Below, piece after piece: positions 1 to 9,294 of a stretch of 21,033 bases of DNA. Source of the stretch: a candidate division WOR-3 bacterium (GTDB lineage: Bacteria > Hydrothermota > Hydrothermia > LBFQ01). The position numbers were made by a program, and so were the translations under genes. The DNA lies in contig JALUCS010000005.1 in the NCBI GenBank assembly GCA_027050205.1, positions 1-21,033 of the forward strand, read 5' to 3'. Each line of letters begins with the position of its first letter. Position 1 is the stretch's first letter. The notes under the pieces were generated by a model. That model was given only the letters and a program-made list of their open reading frames with translations. It was not told the origin of the DNA and did not search any database.

Positions 1-128
1 GCGCCGTCGTCGGTGTCCATCCCTTCGGCGGCTTCAACATGTCCGGAACGGACGCCAAGGCCGGAGGTCCCGACTACCTCTTGTACTTCCTCCAGGGCAA
101 GAGCGTTTCCGAGAAGCTCAACTGGTAA
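1..128 (+). CDS. pruA: 3' end of 1-pyrroline-5-carboxylate (L-glutamate gamma-semialdehyde) dehydrogenase, partial
   Basis: The frame starting at base 3 reads [41 protein letters not shown]. [20 protein letters not shown] is the characteristic RocA/PruA C-terminus. Confidence 0.88.
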   Translation, partial: AVVGVHPFGGFNMSGTDAKAGGPDYLLYFLQGKSVSEKLNW

Positions 129-145
129 GGCAATCCACATGTTGT

Positions 146-172
146 CCCCGCCCTCCGGGGCGGGGGTTTTTT
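146..172 (+). terminator. Rho-independent terminator
   Basis: CCCCGCCC-TCCG-GGGCGGGG hairpin followed by G and a T6 run, 17 nt after the pruA stop. Confidence 0.88.
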
Positions 173-215
173 ATTGATGGTACCCAGCGCCGCCCTTTCA
201 CCCGTCTTTCAGGGC

Positions 216-221
216 TATAAT
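216..221 (+). promoter_or_regulatory. Putative -10 element (TATAAT), leaderless/short-leader promoter
   Basis: Perfect TATAAT 10 nt before the ATG at 232, with no Shine-Dalgarno in between. Confidence 0.65.
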
Positions 222-231
222 CTACAAACTC

Positions 232-939
232 ATGGCAGCAGTGAAGACAGAGGTGAAATCCAAGAAGCCCGTCACCCTAAACGAAGTCAAGGCCCACCCC
301 AAGGTTGAGGCCCTCATTCTCAAGGCAGACAAGAACCTTGAGGCCCTCGGTTATACGGAGCATGGGAAGAGGCACGTATCTTGGGTGGCCAAGAACGCCG
401 GGAGGATAATGAGGAAACTGGGCTTCCCGGAGAGGAGAGCCCAGCTCGCCGAGATAGCAGGGTACCTCCACGACATAGGCAACGCCGTGAACCGCGTCGG
501 CCACGAGTACGTGGGCGCCCTCCTGACGAAGGACATCCTCACCGAGCTCGGTATGCCCTTTGACGAGGTACTGGAGATAATGGCCGCCATAGGCAACCAC
601 CACGAGGAGAGCGGCTATCCCGTATCGGACGTAGCAGCAGCCCTGATCATAGCCGACAAGGCCGACGTCCATCGCACGAGGGTAAGGCCCCAGAACCGTA
701 CCTCCCTCGCCCTCGTGAACGACATCCACGACAGGGTGAACTACGCCTCCACCCTCTCCCGCATAGAGATAGACCCAGACAACCGCATCATCTCCTACAA
801 CATAGAGATTGACATAAACATCGCCCCCGTCTACGAGTACTTTGAGATCTTCCTTGACCGCCTCATCATCTCCCGTAAGGCCGCCAAGGTCCTGAACGCC
901 GAACTCCACTTGTACATAAACGGGGTCCGTATGGCATGA
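232..939 (+). CDS. HD-domain metal-dependent phosphohydrolase (COG3294-like, uncharacterised)
   Basis: Motifs YTEHGKRHV, YLHDIGN, IGNHHE and IADKADVHRTRVR match the HD superfamily. Confidence 0.85.
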   Translation: MAAVKTEVKSKKPVTLNEVKAHPKVEALILKADKNLEALGYTEHGKRHVSWVAKNAGRIMRKLGFPERRAQLAEIAGYLHDIGNAVNRVGHEYVGALLTKDILTELGMPFDEVLEIMAAIGNHHEESGYPVSDVAAALIIADKADVHRTRVRPQNRTSLALVNDIHDRVNYASTLSRIEIDPDNRIISYNIEIDINIAPVYEYFEIFLDRLIISRKAAKVLNAELHLYINGVRMA

Positions 940-1712
940 CGGATACCCACAGCCACCTGAACGACCCCCGCTTCGCGGAGGACCTGGAGGAGGTGGTAAA
1001 ACGGGCGGTGGAGTGGGGGGTGAAACGCATAAACGTCGTAGGGTACGACCTCCCCTCCTCCCGGAGGGCGGTTGAGATAGCAGAGCAGTTCCCGGAGGTG
1101 TGGGCGGTGGTGGGCCTCCACCCCTACGAGGCCGAGAGGTACGGCGAGGAGGACCTCAAGGGGATAGAGGACCTCCTGTCCCATCCCAAGGTGGTGGCGG
1201 TGGGGGAGATAGGCTTGGACTACTACAGGGGGCCGGAGGACAGGGAGGCCCAAAGGAGGCTGTTCCTGAAGCAGATAGCCCTGGCCCGCTCCCACGACCT
1301 GCCCGTCGTCCTCCACGTCAGGGACGCCTTTGAGGACGTTGTGGCTGTAATCTCCGACTTCCCGGATGTGGCCTTCGTCTTCCACTCCTTCTCCGGAGAC
1401 GAGGGGGATATGGAGAGGGTGATACCGCAGAGGAACTGGTACGTGTCCTTCTCCGGAATGCTCACGTTCTTGGCTCACGTCCGGAGGGCCGCGGCGCTGG
1501 CACCGAGGGACAGGACCTTCGTTGAGACGGACGCCCCGTACCTAGCCCCCGTACCCAAGAGGGGGAGGAGGAACGAGCCGGCCTACGTGAAGTTTACTCT
1601 GGAGAGGCTGGCGGAGGTGTGGGGGGTGGAGTACGGGGAGGCGGAGAGGATAACGGACGGGAACGCTGAACGTTTCTTCGGGTACGGAAAGAGAGAGATT
1701 GTTAGCCCTTAA
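936..1712 (+). CDS. tatD: TatD family hydrolase/DNase
   Basis: Motifs DTHSHL, GLHP, GEIGLDY, LHVRDA, FHSFSG, ETDAPYLAP and RNEP. ATGA overlap with the upstream gene. Confidence 0.93.
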   Translation: MTDTHSHLNDPRFAEDLEEVVKRAVEWGVKRINVVGYDLPSSRRAVEIAEQFPEVWAVVGLHPYEAERYGEEDLKGIEDLLSHPKVVAVGEIGLDYYRGPEDREAQRRLFLKQIALARSHDLPVVLHVRDAFEDVVAVISDFPDVAFVFHSFSGDEGDMERVIPQRNWYVSFSGMLTFLAHVRRAAALAPRDRTFVETDAPYLAPVPKRGRRNEPAYVKFTLERLAEVWGVEYGEAERITDGNAERFFGYGKREIVSP

Positions 1713-2754
1713 GGTCGCCCTGATACTGCTCTTCTTCGGGATGTCCGCCCTCGTTTCGGGGTCGGAGGTGGCATATTTCAGTCGCAAGTCCCCCAGCGAC
1801 CTCGGACGTACCAAGGCCTTTGGCCTCCTAGCCACCATCCTCCTGCTGAACAACATGGCGAACTCCTACCTCTCCTCCCTCGTCGCCGACGTTGTCCCCG
1901 CTTCAGACCTCGTCGTCGGTGTCCTCCTCTCCCTCGCCGTAGCCGTTCTCGCCGAGTTCGTTCCCAAGCGGATAGCCCTCACCCATCCCCAACTCTTCGT
2001 AAGGGCGACGGAGTTCCTCTACCGCCCCCTCTCCTACCTCTTCTCCGTCCTGAAGGTGAGGGTGGAGGCCGATACGACCAAGCTGACGACCTACGCCATA
2101 ATGGAGGCCGTGGTGGACGCCGTCCGGAACTCGGATATGACGGACGAGGAGAGGCTCCAGATAGCGAAGGTACTCTACGCCATCCACGGTAAAGGCTTCG
2201 CCGTCCTCTACCCCCTCTCGGAGAGTCCCCTCCTAAGGTTTGAGATGTCCGTCCGGGAGGCCCTCAACCTCCTTGAGAGGGAGGGGTACGACAGGGACTG
2301 GGTCCCCGTGTATCACGTAGACCCCAACGAGGTCACCCACATGGTGAGCGTCCGAACCCTCCAAGAATCCCCACCGGACGAGCCGATAATGGACCTCCCT
2401 AAGGAGAGGGCCATCTACTTCCCCATAATCGGCAGCTTTGTGCGTATCCTCAACATCGTTGAAAACAGGGGACACGTGGTCCTGGTGGACGAGTTCGGGA
2501 ACGTCAGGGGCTTCTCCTACAGGAAGGACCTGGAACTGTGGCTCCTATCCTCCGGGAACGAGCTTCCCATAAGGACGTCCCTCCTTGAGGTCTATATAAT
2601 GACGGGGAAGGAGCTGGGTCCGATAAACTGGGACCTCGCCGACCTCTTCCACCGCAAACTTGGGCGAGCGGCCGAAGACGGGGACGAAATCACCATAGAG
2701 GGGTTGAGGCTTAGGGTGGTGGGAGATATTTTCGTACGGATAGAGGAGGCCTGA
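1699..2754 (+). CDS. CNNM/DUF21 membrane protein with degenerate CBS pair and CorC_HlyC-like C-terminus (CorB/TlyC-like)
   Basis: DUF21 motifs SGSEVAYFS, LATILLLNNMAN and AEFVPKRIA, CBS-like VLVDEFGNVRG, and C-terminal LGRAAEDGDEITIEGLRLRV. The TTG start overlaps tatD. Confidence 0.8.
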   Translation: MLALKVALILLFFGMSALVSGSEVAYFSRKSPSDLGRTKAFGLLATILLLNNMANSYLSSLVADVVPASDLVVGVLLSLAVAVLAEFVPKRIALTHPQLFVRATEFLYRPLSYLFSVLKVRVEADTTKLTTYAIMEAVVDAVRNSDMTDEERLQIAKVLYAIHGKGFAVLYPLSESPLLRFEMSVREALNLLEREGYDRDWVPVYHVDPNEVTHMVSVRTLQESPPDEPIMDLPKERAIYFPIIGSFVRILNIVENRGHVVLVDEFGNVRGFSYRKDLELWLLSSGNELPIRTSLLEVYIMTGKELGPINWDLADLFHRKLGRAAEDGDEITIEGLRLRVVGDIFVRIEEA

Positions 2755-2769
2755 CCGCTTCCACGACCG

Positions 2770-2775
2770 TAGAAT
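2770..2775 (+). promoter_or_regulatory. Putative -10 element (TAGAAT), leaderless promoter of gcvH
   Basis: TAGAAT lies exactly 7 nt before the ATG at 2783 in a 28-nt intergenic gap with no SD. Confidence 0.65.
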
Positions 2776-2782
2776 ATCCTCT

Positions 2783-3169
2783 ATGAAGGTACCGGATGAG
2801 CTCCTCTACACGAAAGAGCATGAGTGGGTCAAGGTTGAGGGCGACGTTGCCACCGTCGGCATAACCGACTACGCCCAGGACCAGCTCGGAGACATAATCT
2901 ACGTTGAACTTCCGGAGGTTGGGAGGAAGGTCAAGCAGATGGAGGCCGTGGCCACGGTTGAGGCCGTAAAGACGGCGGCGGACGTCTACTCCCCCGTCAG
3001 CGGTGAGGTGATAGAGGTAAACTCCAAACTATCGGAGAAGCCGGAGCTTCTCAACCAGGACCCCTACGGGGAGGGGTGGATGTTTAAGCTGAAGATGGAG
3101 AACCCCGAAGAGCTGAAAAACCTCCTCTCGCCCGAGGAGTACAGGAAACTGATTGAGGCGGAAGGATGA
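2783..3169 (+). CDS. gcvH: Glycine cleavage system H protein
   Basis: Motifs YTKEHEWV, GITDYAQDQLGDI, lipoyl-lysine motif VEAVKTAADVYSP and NQDPYGEGW. Confidence 0.97.
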   Translation: MKVPDELLYTKEHEWVKVEGDVATVGITDYAQDQLGDIIYVELPEVGRKVKQMEAVATVEAVKTAADVYSPVSGEVIEVNSKLSEKPELLNQDPYGEGWMFKLKMENPEELKNLLSPEEYRKLIEAEG

Positions 3170-4485
3170 GGTACCTATCCCTCAGCGATAGGGACAGGGA
3201 GGAGATGCTGAAGGCCCTGGGCCTCCCATCGCAGGAGGCCCTAATGAGGGATGCGGTCGGCGAGGATATCCCCTTTATAGAGACGCCGGACATACCCTCC
3301 CTGTCCGAGAGCGAGCTCCAGAGGCACATGGAGGCCCTCGCCTCCCTAAACGCCCATGACCTCCTCATCTTCGCCGGGGGCGGAGCCTACGACGTCTATA
3401 CCCCCTCGGTCGTGGGCCACATCCTCTTGAGGTCGGAGTTCTACACGGCCTACACCCCCTACCAGCCGGAGGTCTCACAGGGTACCCTCCAGGCGATGTA
3501 CGAGTTCCAGAGCATGATGGCCGAGATAGCAGCGATGGAGGTGGCCAACTCCTCCATGTACGACGGGGCAACCTCCCTGGCCGAGGCCATCCTCATGTCC
3601 TTTCGCCTGAAGAGGAAGTACAGGGTCCTTCTCCCGAAGTCCCTCAACCCCCTCTACCGCAGGGTGATAGACACCTACCTGCCCGACTTCGCCGAGGTGC
3701 GGGAGTACTCCTACACGGCCTCCGGTGAGGCCGACCTGCCCGAACTCCTCTCCCTGATAGACGGAGAAACGGCCTCCGTCGTCGTCCAGTCCCCCAACTA
3801 CTTCGGCGTAATGGAGAACCTTCGGGCGATAGGGAGCGCCGTAAAGGACAGGGACGTACTCCTTATCGTGCATTACGACCCCGTCGCGGCGACGGTCTTC
3901 ACCCCTCCGGGTGAGGTGGGGGCCGACATAGCCACGGCGGAGGGTCAGGTCCTCGGTCTCCCCCTCGGTTTCGGAGGCCCCTACGTCGGGATAATGGTCT
4001 CGTGGAAGAGGTACGTCAGGCAGATGCCGGGGAGGATAGTGGCCGAGACGACGGACGTGGACGGGCGGAGGGGCTTCGTGACCACCCTTCAGGCGAGGGA
4101 GCAGCACATAAGGAGGGCAAAGGCCACCTCCAACATATGCACGAACAACCAACTGATGGCTCTCGCCGTGGCCGTATATACCGCCCTCCTCGGCAAGGAG
4201 GGCCTTAGGAAGATAGCCCTAACCACCTACTCCAAGACCCGGTACTTCGCCAACAACTTACCGGACGGGTACAGGGTGGCCTTCAACGGTACCCCCTTCA
4301 GGGAGGTGGTGATAGAGGCGCCCCTGAAGGCGGAGGAGCTGATTGAGAGGGCTGCGGAGGAGGGCTTCCTACTCGGTCCGGCCGTCCCGGACTTAGGGGA
4401 TAGGCACCTGTTGGTGGCCTTTACGGACAGGCACACGAAGGGGGACATAGACGCCCTCCTCGGACTTTTGAAACGGCTTAGATGA
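3166..4485 (+). CDS. gcvPA: Glycine dehydrogenase (decarboxylating) subunit 1
   Basis: Motifs EFYTAYTPYQPEVSQGTLQ, NSSMYDGAT, GFGGPY and REQHIRRAKATSNICTN. The 439 aa length fits the split P1 subunit. Confidence 0.96.
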   Translation: MRYLSLSDRDREEMLKALGLPSQEALMRDAVGEDIPFIETPDIPSLSESELQRHMEALASLNAHDLLIFAGGGAYDVYTPSVVGHILLRSEFYTAYTPYQPEVSQGTLQAMYEFQSMMAEIAAMEVANSSMYDGATSLAEAILMSFRLKRKYRVLLPKSLNPLYRRVIDTYLPDFAEVREYSYTASGEADLPELLSLIDGETASVVVQSPNYFGVMENLRAIGSAVKDRDVLLIVHYDPVAATVFTPPGEVGADIATAEGQVLGLPLGFGGPYVGIMVSWKRYVRQMPGRIVAETTDVDGRRGFVTTLQAREQHIRRAKATSNICTNNQLMALAVAVYTALLGKEGLRKIALTTYSKTRYFANNLPDGYRVAFNGTPFREVVIEAPLKAEELIERAAEEGFLLGPAVPDLGDRHLLVAFTDRHTKGDIDALLGLLKRLR

Positions 4486-5828
4486 CCTACCGCAAGGTAC
4501 TGGTCGCACTCGGACCGGTACTCTTCGCCCTTGCCTTTCTCCTCCCCGTCAGCAGGGAGGTGGCCGCCACGATCGGGGCCATACTCTGGATGGGGGCGTG
4601 GTGGATAGGGGAGGTGGTACCCCTCGCCGTTACGGCCCTGTTGCCGTTGGTTATAGCCCCCCTCTTCGGTGTGGCTTCGGCGAAGGAGATAGCCCCCACC
4701 TACGCCAAGTCCCCCATATTCCTCTTCCTCGGAGGCTTCATCCTCGCCATAGCCCTTGAGAAGTACGACCTCCACCGCTACCTCTCCGGGAAACTCCTGA
4801 AGGTCTTCGGAAACTCCGAGATAGGCGTGTTCCTGGGGGTATCCCTCTCGGCCTACTTCCTCTCAATGTGGATAAGCAACACCTCCGCCACCCTGATAAT
4901 GATACCCCTAATCCTCTCCCTAGGTGCCGGCTCCCTCACGACCGCCCTCGCTCTCGGGGCCGCCTACTCCGCCAGCATAGGGGGTATGGCCACCCTCATA
5001 GGGACTCCCCCCAACATCCTGTACGCCGGCGTCCTGAAGAGCTACGGGGCAAGCGTCTCCTTCTTTGAGTGGATGGGCTTCGCCTTCCCCTTCTCCGTAC
5101 TCCTTGAGGCCATCTTCATAGCCCTCGCCGTCCTCTGGTTCAAACTCGGGCGGAGGCGGATAGACCTCCGGACGGAGGAGGTGGAGCTGACCCCACGCGG
5201 TAAGGTCGTCCTCGTCCTCTTCCTCATAACGGCCGTCCTGTGGCTGTGGAGGTCCGACCTCAACTTCGGGGCCTTTAAGGTACCCGGATGGAGTACCCTC
5301 CTCCACCTCAAGGGGGTAGACGACGCGACGGTCGCAATGACCTCCGCCATCCTCCTGTTCGTCGTTGGCCTCGTGGACTGGAAGGACACGGAGAAGGTCC
5401 CTTGGGACGCCCTCCTCCTCTTCGGTGGTGGCTTCGCCCTCTCCACTATGATAGTGAAGAGCAAACTGGCCGACCTCCTCGTCTCCTCCATGGGCGGCAT
5501 AACCGTCCACCCGATGGTCTTCGTCCTCATCTGGGCGCTGGTGACGAAGGTCCTAACGGAAGTGGCTTCCAACACGTCCGTAGCAGCCATGCTCCTGCCC
5601 ATAGGTTTCGCCTTCGCCAAGAGTGTGGGGATGGACGCGACCGCCCTCGCCGCCGTCATAGCCATATCCGCCTCCGAGGCCTTCATGCTTCCGGTCGCCA
5701 CCCCTCCCAACATGCTGGTCTACTCCTTCAAGCTCGTCAGCATGCGGGATATGATGAGGATAGGGATAGTGATGAACGTCATCGCCTACGTCCTCACCGT
5801 CCTCCTCGTCTATAGGCTGGCACCTTAA
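4482..5828 (+). CDS. DASS/SLC13 family Na+-coupled di/tricarboxylate or sulfate symporter
   Basis: Highly hydrophobic. Two SNT motifs (WISNTSAT, VASNTSVA), GTPPN and ATPPN, and VPWDALLLFGGG. Confidence 0.92.
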   Translation: MTYRKVLVALGPVLFALAFLLPVSREVAATIGAILWMGAWWIGEVVPLAVTALLPLVIAPLFGVASAKEIAPTYAKSPIFLFLGGFILAIALEKYDLHRYLSGKLLKVFGNSEIGVFLGVSLSAYFLSMWISNTSATLIMIPLILSLGAGSLTTALALGAAYSASIGGMATLIGTPPNILYAGVLKSYGASVSFFEWMGFAFPFSVLLEAIFIALAVLWFKLGRRRIDLRTEEVELTPRGKVVLVLFLITAVLWLWRSDLNFGAFKVPGWSTLLHLKGVDDATVAMTSAILLFVVGLVDWKDTEKVPWDALLLFGGGFALSTMIVKSKLADLLVSSMGGITVHPMVFVLIWALVTKVLTEVASNTSVAAMLLPIGFAFAKSVGMDATALAAVIAISASEAFMLPVATPPNMLVYSFKLVSMRDMMRIGIVMNVIAYVLTVLLVYRLAP

Positions 5829-5830
5829 CG

Positions 5831-5857
5831 AAAACCCCCGCCCCTAACGGGCGGGGG
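5831..5857 (-). terminator. Rho-independent terminator between convergent genes
   Basis: CCCCCGCCC-CTAAC-GGGCGGGGG hairpin preceded by AAAA, which is a T4 tail on the minus strand. It may act bidirectionally. Confidence 0.78.
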
Positions 5858-5883
5858 GGAACAGAGCAATGGTGGGCTACCGG

Positions 5884-8800
5884 CTAACGGACTACGAACT
5901 TCAGTCGCTTCGTCCCGCGTACCTCTTTAAGTTTTAGAACGAACACGCCGGAGGGGAGGGCCGGCTTCAGTACGACTTCACCGCTGACGTTTAACCTCTT
6001 CCCGTACATCAACCTCCCGGAGGCGTCGTAAATTTTAACCTCCACCCCTTCGCCCTTGCCCCTAAGCACCACCTCCCCACCTTCACCAACCGAGACCTTT
6101 ACCCCTCCGTCCACACCGGGACCCTCCCACTCGGCCGTGGCTATATCCACGCTATACACCTGTAGCCCCGCCGTTACGCTGGCCGTATAGACCTTGTGGT
6201 CCCTGTACCAGACGTCTCTGGGACCCGAAGGAGTGGAGTAGGCGTACGTTTGATAGTACCCACCGGAGAAGTCGGGGGCCAACCCTTTGAAGCCGTCGTA
6301 GTAGTTGGCCACGTACACGTTGCCGGCGGTCGCGTCGTAGGAGACGCCGACGACCTTGTTGCCGTAATCGTACCAGTACCCCCGTAGGCTCAAGTTTTCG
6401 GGATCGCTGATGTCTATGGCGTCCATACCGTTGTCCAGATAGGCCACGTACGCGAGGTTGTTGAATACGTCCAAGGCTACGTCAAGGGCGTCCGTGAGGA
6501 TGTAGGAGTCCATGTACCTGTCCATGTACGTGAAGGGCGTACCGGAGACGTCTATCGTCAGGAGTCCTCCGTCTATGCCTCCCTTCAGGGCGACGTAGGC
6601 CACCCCTCCGTAGGTCGCTACGCTCACGGCGACGGCGTTGGGAGACATACCGTAGTCCTCGTAGTAGTTGAAGGTGCTGTGGTTTATGGCGTACAGGGAT
6701 GAGCTATCGGCTATAAAGAGTAGGCCGGAGCCGAAGAGGGCGCAGTCGCAGTACACGTCGTACGCGTAGCCGGGTGTGTTGTACGTGTTTATGAGTGTGG
6801 GGCTGGTCTTGTTTGTTGCGTCTATGGCATATACGCCGTTCTCTCCCATCGCCATATAGACGGTGTCGTTGGCTACCGTTAGACCTTCTGCTTTACCGGT
6901 TAGGGTAATACCGGAGACGTACGTCGGTTGCGTTCCCGATACGTCAAGTATCACTAAGTCCTGGCCACCGAATAGGGGGGCATCGTTCCCGTCCTCTATG
7001 GCGAGGTAGGCGTAGTTGCCGTATACCTCCACGTCCTTCGTCCATCCCCACGCGGTGTAGAAGGAGACGAGTCGGGGGGAGGTGCGGGCGTTTACGTCGT
7101 AGTATGCTATATCTCTCCCATAGGGTACGAAGAGGGTGTCGTTCTCAAACATGATGTCCCCACTCGGCTCACCCTCCAGTCTATCCGACACTATCATCCG
7201 CGGGTTGACCGGGTCGCTTATGTCGTAGATGTAGAGATAGGTTGAATCGCCGAACTCTCTGGTGTATATGGTCAGAGCCAGCCTGTCGCCGAAGATGTGC
7301 ATATACTGCGGCCCTGAGTAAACCCACCTTTCGGAATGAGGCAATCTGTTGATGGACAGCAGATAGGGCTGGGAAGGCGTGGAGAAGTCCCATACGGCCA
7401 GGACCATCGTGTCGGAGCTGGGGTAGGAGTTCCAGCACTTGTACGTTGTGTACAGCCGGTTATCGCGATAGGCTATATCTCCAACGGAGATTCCACGAGT
7501 AGAGGTATATATGGAGTTGCACATATCCGTCTCCGATATGGTGGCGACGGGTGTAAGGCCTCCCCGCGTGTCGTATACTCTTATGCCGATGTCTCCCATC
7601 ATGAGTATGAGGTAATCCCCGAAGGACCTGAGCCTCATGTATTGAGGGCTAGAGGACGTGTCCAGGGTTATGGTGCGGGCCAGAGAGATGTTTCCGGTGG
7701 GCGAGAGGCTGTAGACTCCGAGGTAGGAGGTAGAGCTGTCCTGGCTCCAGTAAGCCACATAAACGGTGTCGTGTATAACGATGATGTCCCTGAACCTTAC
7801 CACCTTTCCCCTCGTTGGGGCCTGGGAGACGACGGTCATTGTGGCAGTATCCACGACGTAAACGCTGTCGGCGTCCGTACTCGTTGAGTTGATGAAGGCG
7901 ACCACCGAGTACTTGTAGCGACCTATTGCCATAACCATACCGAAAGCGTCATAGCCCGAAAAACATACCTCGTTTAACGAATACAGATCAGTTATAGCAT
8001 AACTTCCACCGGTGCTAACGGCATGGAATGAGCCGTTGACCCTTCTGACCCTCGCCACATCACCGCCGCAGCTGGAATACCCAAAGGGAACAAAGGAAAG
8101 CATAAGATCAAGCGTATCCCTCAGAACCTCTATCTTGCTGACGCCGTAGTTTGAGGCGGCGACGTATACGTACCGCCCGGAGGCGGCCATGGAGACGCCC
8201 GGACCCCACGTCTGCGCCCTAATGTAGGAGTTGAGGTAGGAGTCGTACCTCACCAGAGAGGAGTCCGTACGGGAGCCGTCAAGGAGCCAGACGTAGCCGG
8301 AGAAGACGAGGACGTCCTTCGGGACCATTCCGGAGGGGAGGATTTTGCCGTACTCAACCGTCTGGGTCTTGATGTTCATCATACTAAGGTTATAGTTTCC
8401 ATCGTAGGAGAGGAAGAAGATGTCGGGAGATGGGGAGTTGAAGGTACCCGCGAGCTGTCCCCGGAGGTAGAGGTCCCCGTAGGCGAGGGCGTAGGTGTAG
8501 CCGTTGTTTATGCTCCTTATGTGGGTGGGGGCAGCGTTTGAGGAGGAGTTGTCCCGCAGGATTATCAGGCCGCTGTCTCCGGCGGCGACGTATATCTTGT
8601 CCTCGTGCTTCAGTACCTTCAGGGCGTAGCCGGAGCCTCCTATGTTGTAAGTCCCTACGTACGTTGGCGAGTAGGGGTCATCTATGGCATACACGTGGAC
8701 GCCCCCGTACCCGGCCGCGATGTATGCGAACTTGTTCCCGGAGGAGAAGGTGGAGGGGGTGACGTAGACGTCCCTGAACTCCCCTGCGTTGTGGGTTATT

Positions 8801-9186
8801 GAAAGACGGGTGGGGTTGGAAGGGGTACTTACGTCCCATATCTCAAGGCCCCCTCTACCCGCTGCTATGTACAGGTCCTCTCCCACTTCATCGTAGTGGA
8901 GGCCCCACACTACCCCCCTCGTCCTTATCTCCCCCACCTTGGCGAGGTTGCTGTCAAGGACGAGTACGCCCCCACCGCTTCCCATGAAGACGTACCCCCT
9001 CGCCGGGTCTACGGCCACGGCGTAGGAGGGGCCGAAGGGCCAGTTGCTGTGAAACCTGGCATTCAGGGAGTCAAAGCCCGATAGAACGCGGAAGTCCCCC
9101 ACCTTCTTCGTTCCCCTCTCCGTAGCCACCACGCTGCGTGCGGCTGTTCCCGAAGTCGCCGATGCTATCAGCAGTACGTGAAGCAT
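5884..9186 (-). CDS. Large secreted LVIVD-repeat (beta-propeller) protein with T9SS-like C-terminal sorting domain
   Basis: Repeats such as LYIAAGRGGLEIWDVSTPSNP, AYIAAGYGGVHVYAIDDPYSP and AYVAYLDNGMDAIDISDPEN. C-terminus VKIYDASGRL...LPSGVFVLKL...KRLKFVVR. Confidence 0.85.
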   Translation of the reverse strand: MLHVLLIASATSGTAARSVVATERGTKKVGDFRVLSGFDSLNARFHSNWPFGPSYAVAVDPARGYVFMGSGGGVLVLDSNLAKVGEIRTRGVVWGLHYDEVGEDLYIAAGRGGLEIWDVSTPSNPTRLSITHNAGEFRDVYVTPSTFSSGNKFAYIAAGYGGVHVYAIDDPYSPTYVGTYNIGGSGYALKVLKHEDKIYVAAGDSGLIILRDNSSSNAAPTHIRSINNGYTYALAYGDLYLRGQLAGTFNSPSPDIFFLSYDGNYNLSMMNIKTQTVEYGKILPSGMVPKDVLVFSGYVWLLDGSRTDSSLVRYDSYLNSYIRAQTWGPGVSMAASGRYVYVAASNYGVSKIEVLRDTLDLMLSFVPFGYSSCGGDVARVRRVNGSFHAVSTGGSYAITDLYSLNEVCFSGYDAFGMVMAIGRYKYSVVAFINSTSTDADSVYVVDTATMTVVSQAPTRGKVVRFRDIIVIHDTVYVAYWSQDSSTSYLGVYSLSPTGNISLARTITLDTSSSPQYMRLRSFGDYLILMMGDIGIRVYDTRGGLTPVATISETDMCNSIYTSTRGISVGDIAYRDNRLYTTYKCWNSYPSSDTMVLAVWDFSTPSQPYLLSINRLPHSERWVYSGPQYMHIFGDRLALTIYTREFGDSTYLYIYDISDPVNPRMIVSDRLEGEPSGDIMFENDTLFVPYGRDIAYYDVNARTSPRLVSFYTAWGWTKDVEVYGNYAYLAIEDGNDAPLFGGQDLVILDVSGTQPTYVSGITLTGKAEGLTVANDTVYMAMGENGVYAIDATNKTSPTLINTYNTPGYAYDVYCDCALFGSGLLFIADSSSLYAINHSTFNYYEDYGMSPNAVAVSVATYGGVAYVALKGGIDGGLLTIDVSGTPFTYMDRYMDSYILTDALDVALDVFNNLAYVAYLDNGMDAIDISDPENLSLRGYWYDYGNKVVGVSYDATAGNVYVANYYDGFKGLAPDFSGGYYQTYAYSTPSGPRDVWYRDHKVYTASVTAGLQVYSVDIATAEWEGPGVDGGVKVSVGEGGEVVLRGKGEGVEVKIYDASGRLMYGKRLNVSGEVVLKPALPSGVFVLKLKEVRGTKRLKFVVR

Positions 9187-9195
9187 ACCTCCGAG

Positions 9196-9201
9196 ATTCT
9201 A
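9196..9201 (-). promoter_or_regulatory. Putative -10 element (TAGAAT, minus strand)
   Basis: TAGAAT lies 9 nt before the ATG at 9186, and its TAG is an in-frame stop for that ORF. Confidence 0.6.
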
Positions 9202-9228
9202 CGAACGCCCTCGTGCCGTCCGAAGGGA

Positions 9229-9251
9229 GGTTCAACACCGGAGGTTGAACC
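9229..9251. promoter_or_regulatory. Perfect inverted repeat GGTTCAAC-N7-GTTGAACC in a divergent promoter region (candidate operator)
   Basis: 8-bp arms centred between the two divergent -10 elements, followed by a CCGGGGGAA direct repeat (9250-9258, 9261-9269). Confidence 0.5.
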
Positions 9252-9278
9252 GGGGGAAATCCGGGGGAACCCCTTTCT

Positions 9279-9284
9279 TAAAAT
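9279..9284 (+). promoter_or_regulatory. Putative -10 element (TAAAAT)
   Basis: 10 nt before the ATG at 9295. Confidence 0.6.
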
Positions 9285-9294
9285 CCCCGGCGAT

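Noticed and set aside
146..5857. Shared CCCCGCCC/GGGCGGGG stem in two hairpins as a REP-like family
   Set aside because: Only two copies, with different loops, both at ordinary terminator positions. Low-complexity GC stems explain the match.
9178..9294. ORF-track N-terminal extension of the 560-aa ORF
   Set aside because: It overlaps the start of the divergent gene, spans the promoter and repeat region, and is not signal-like. ATG 9295 fits the promoter pattern.
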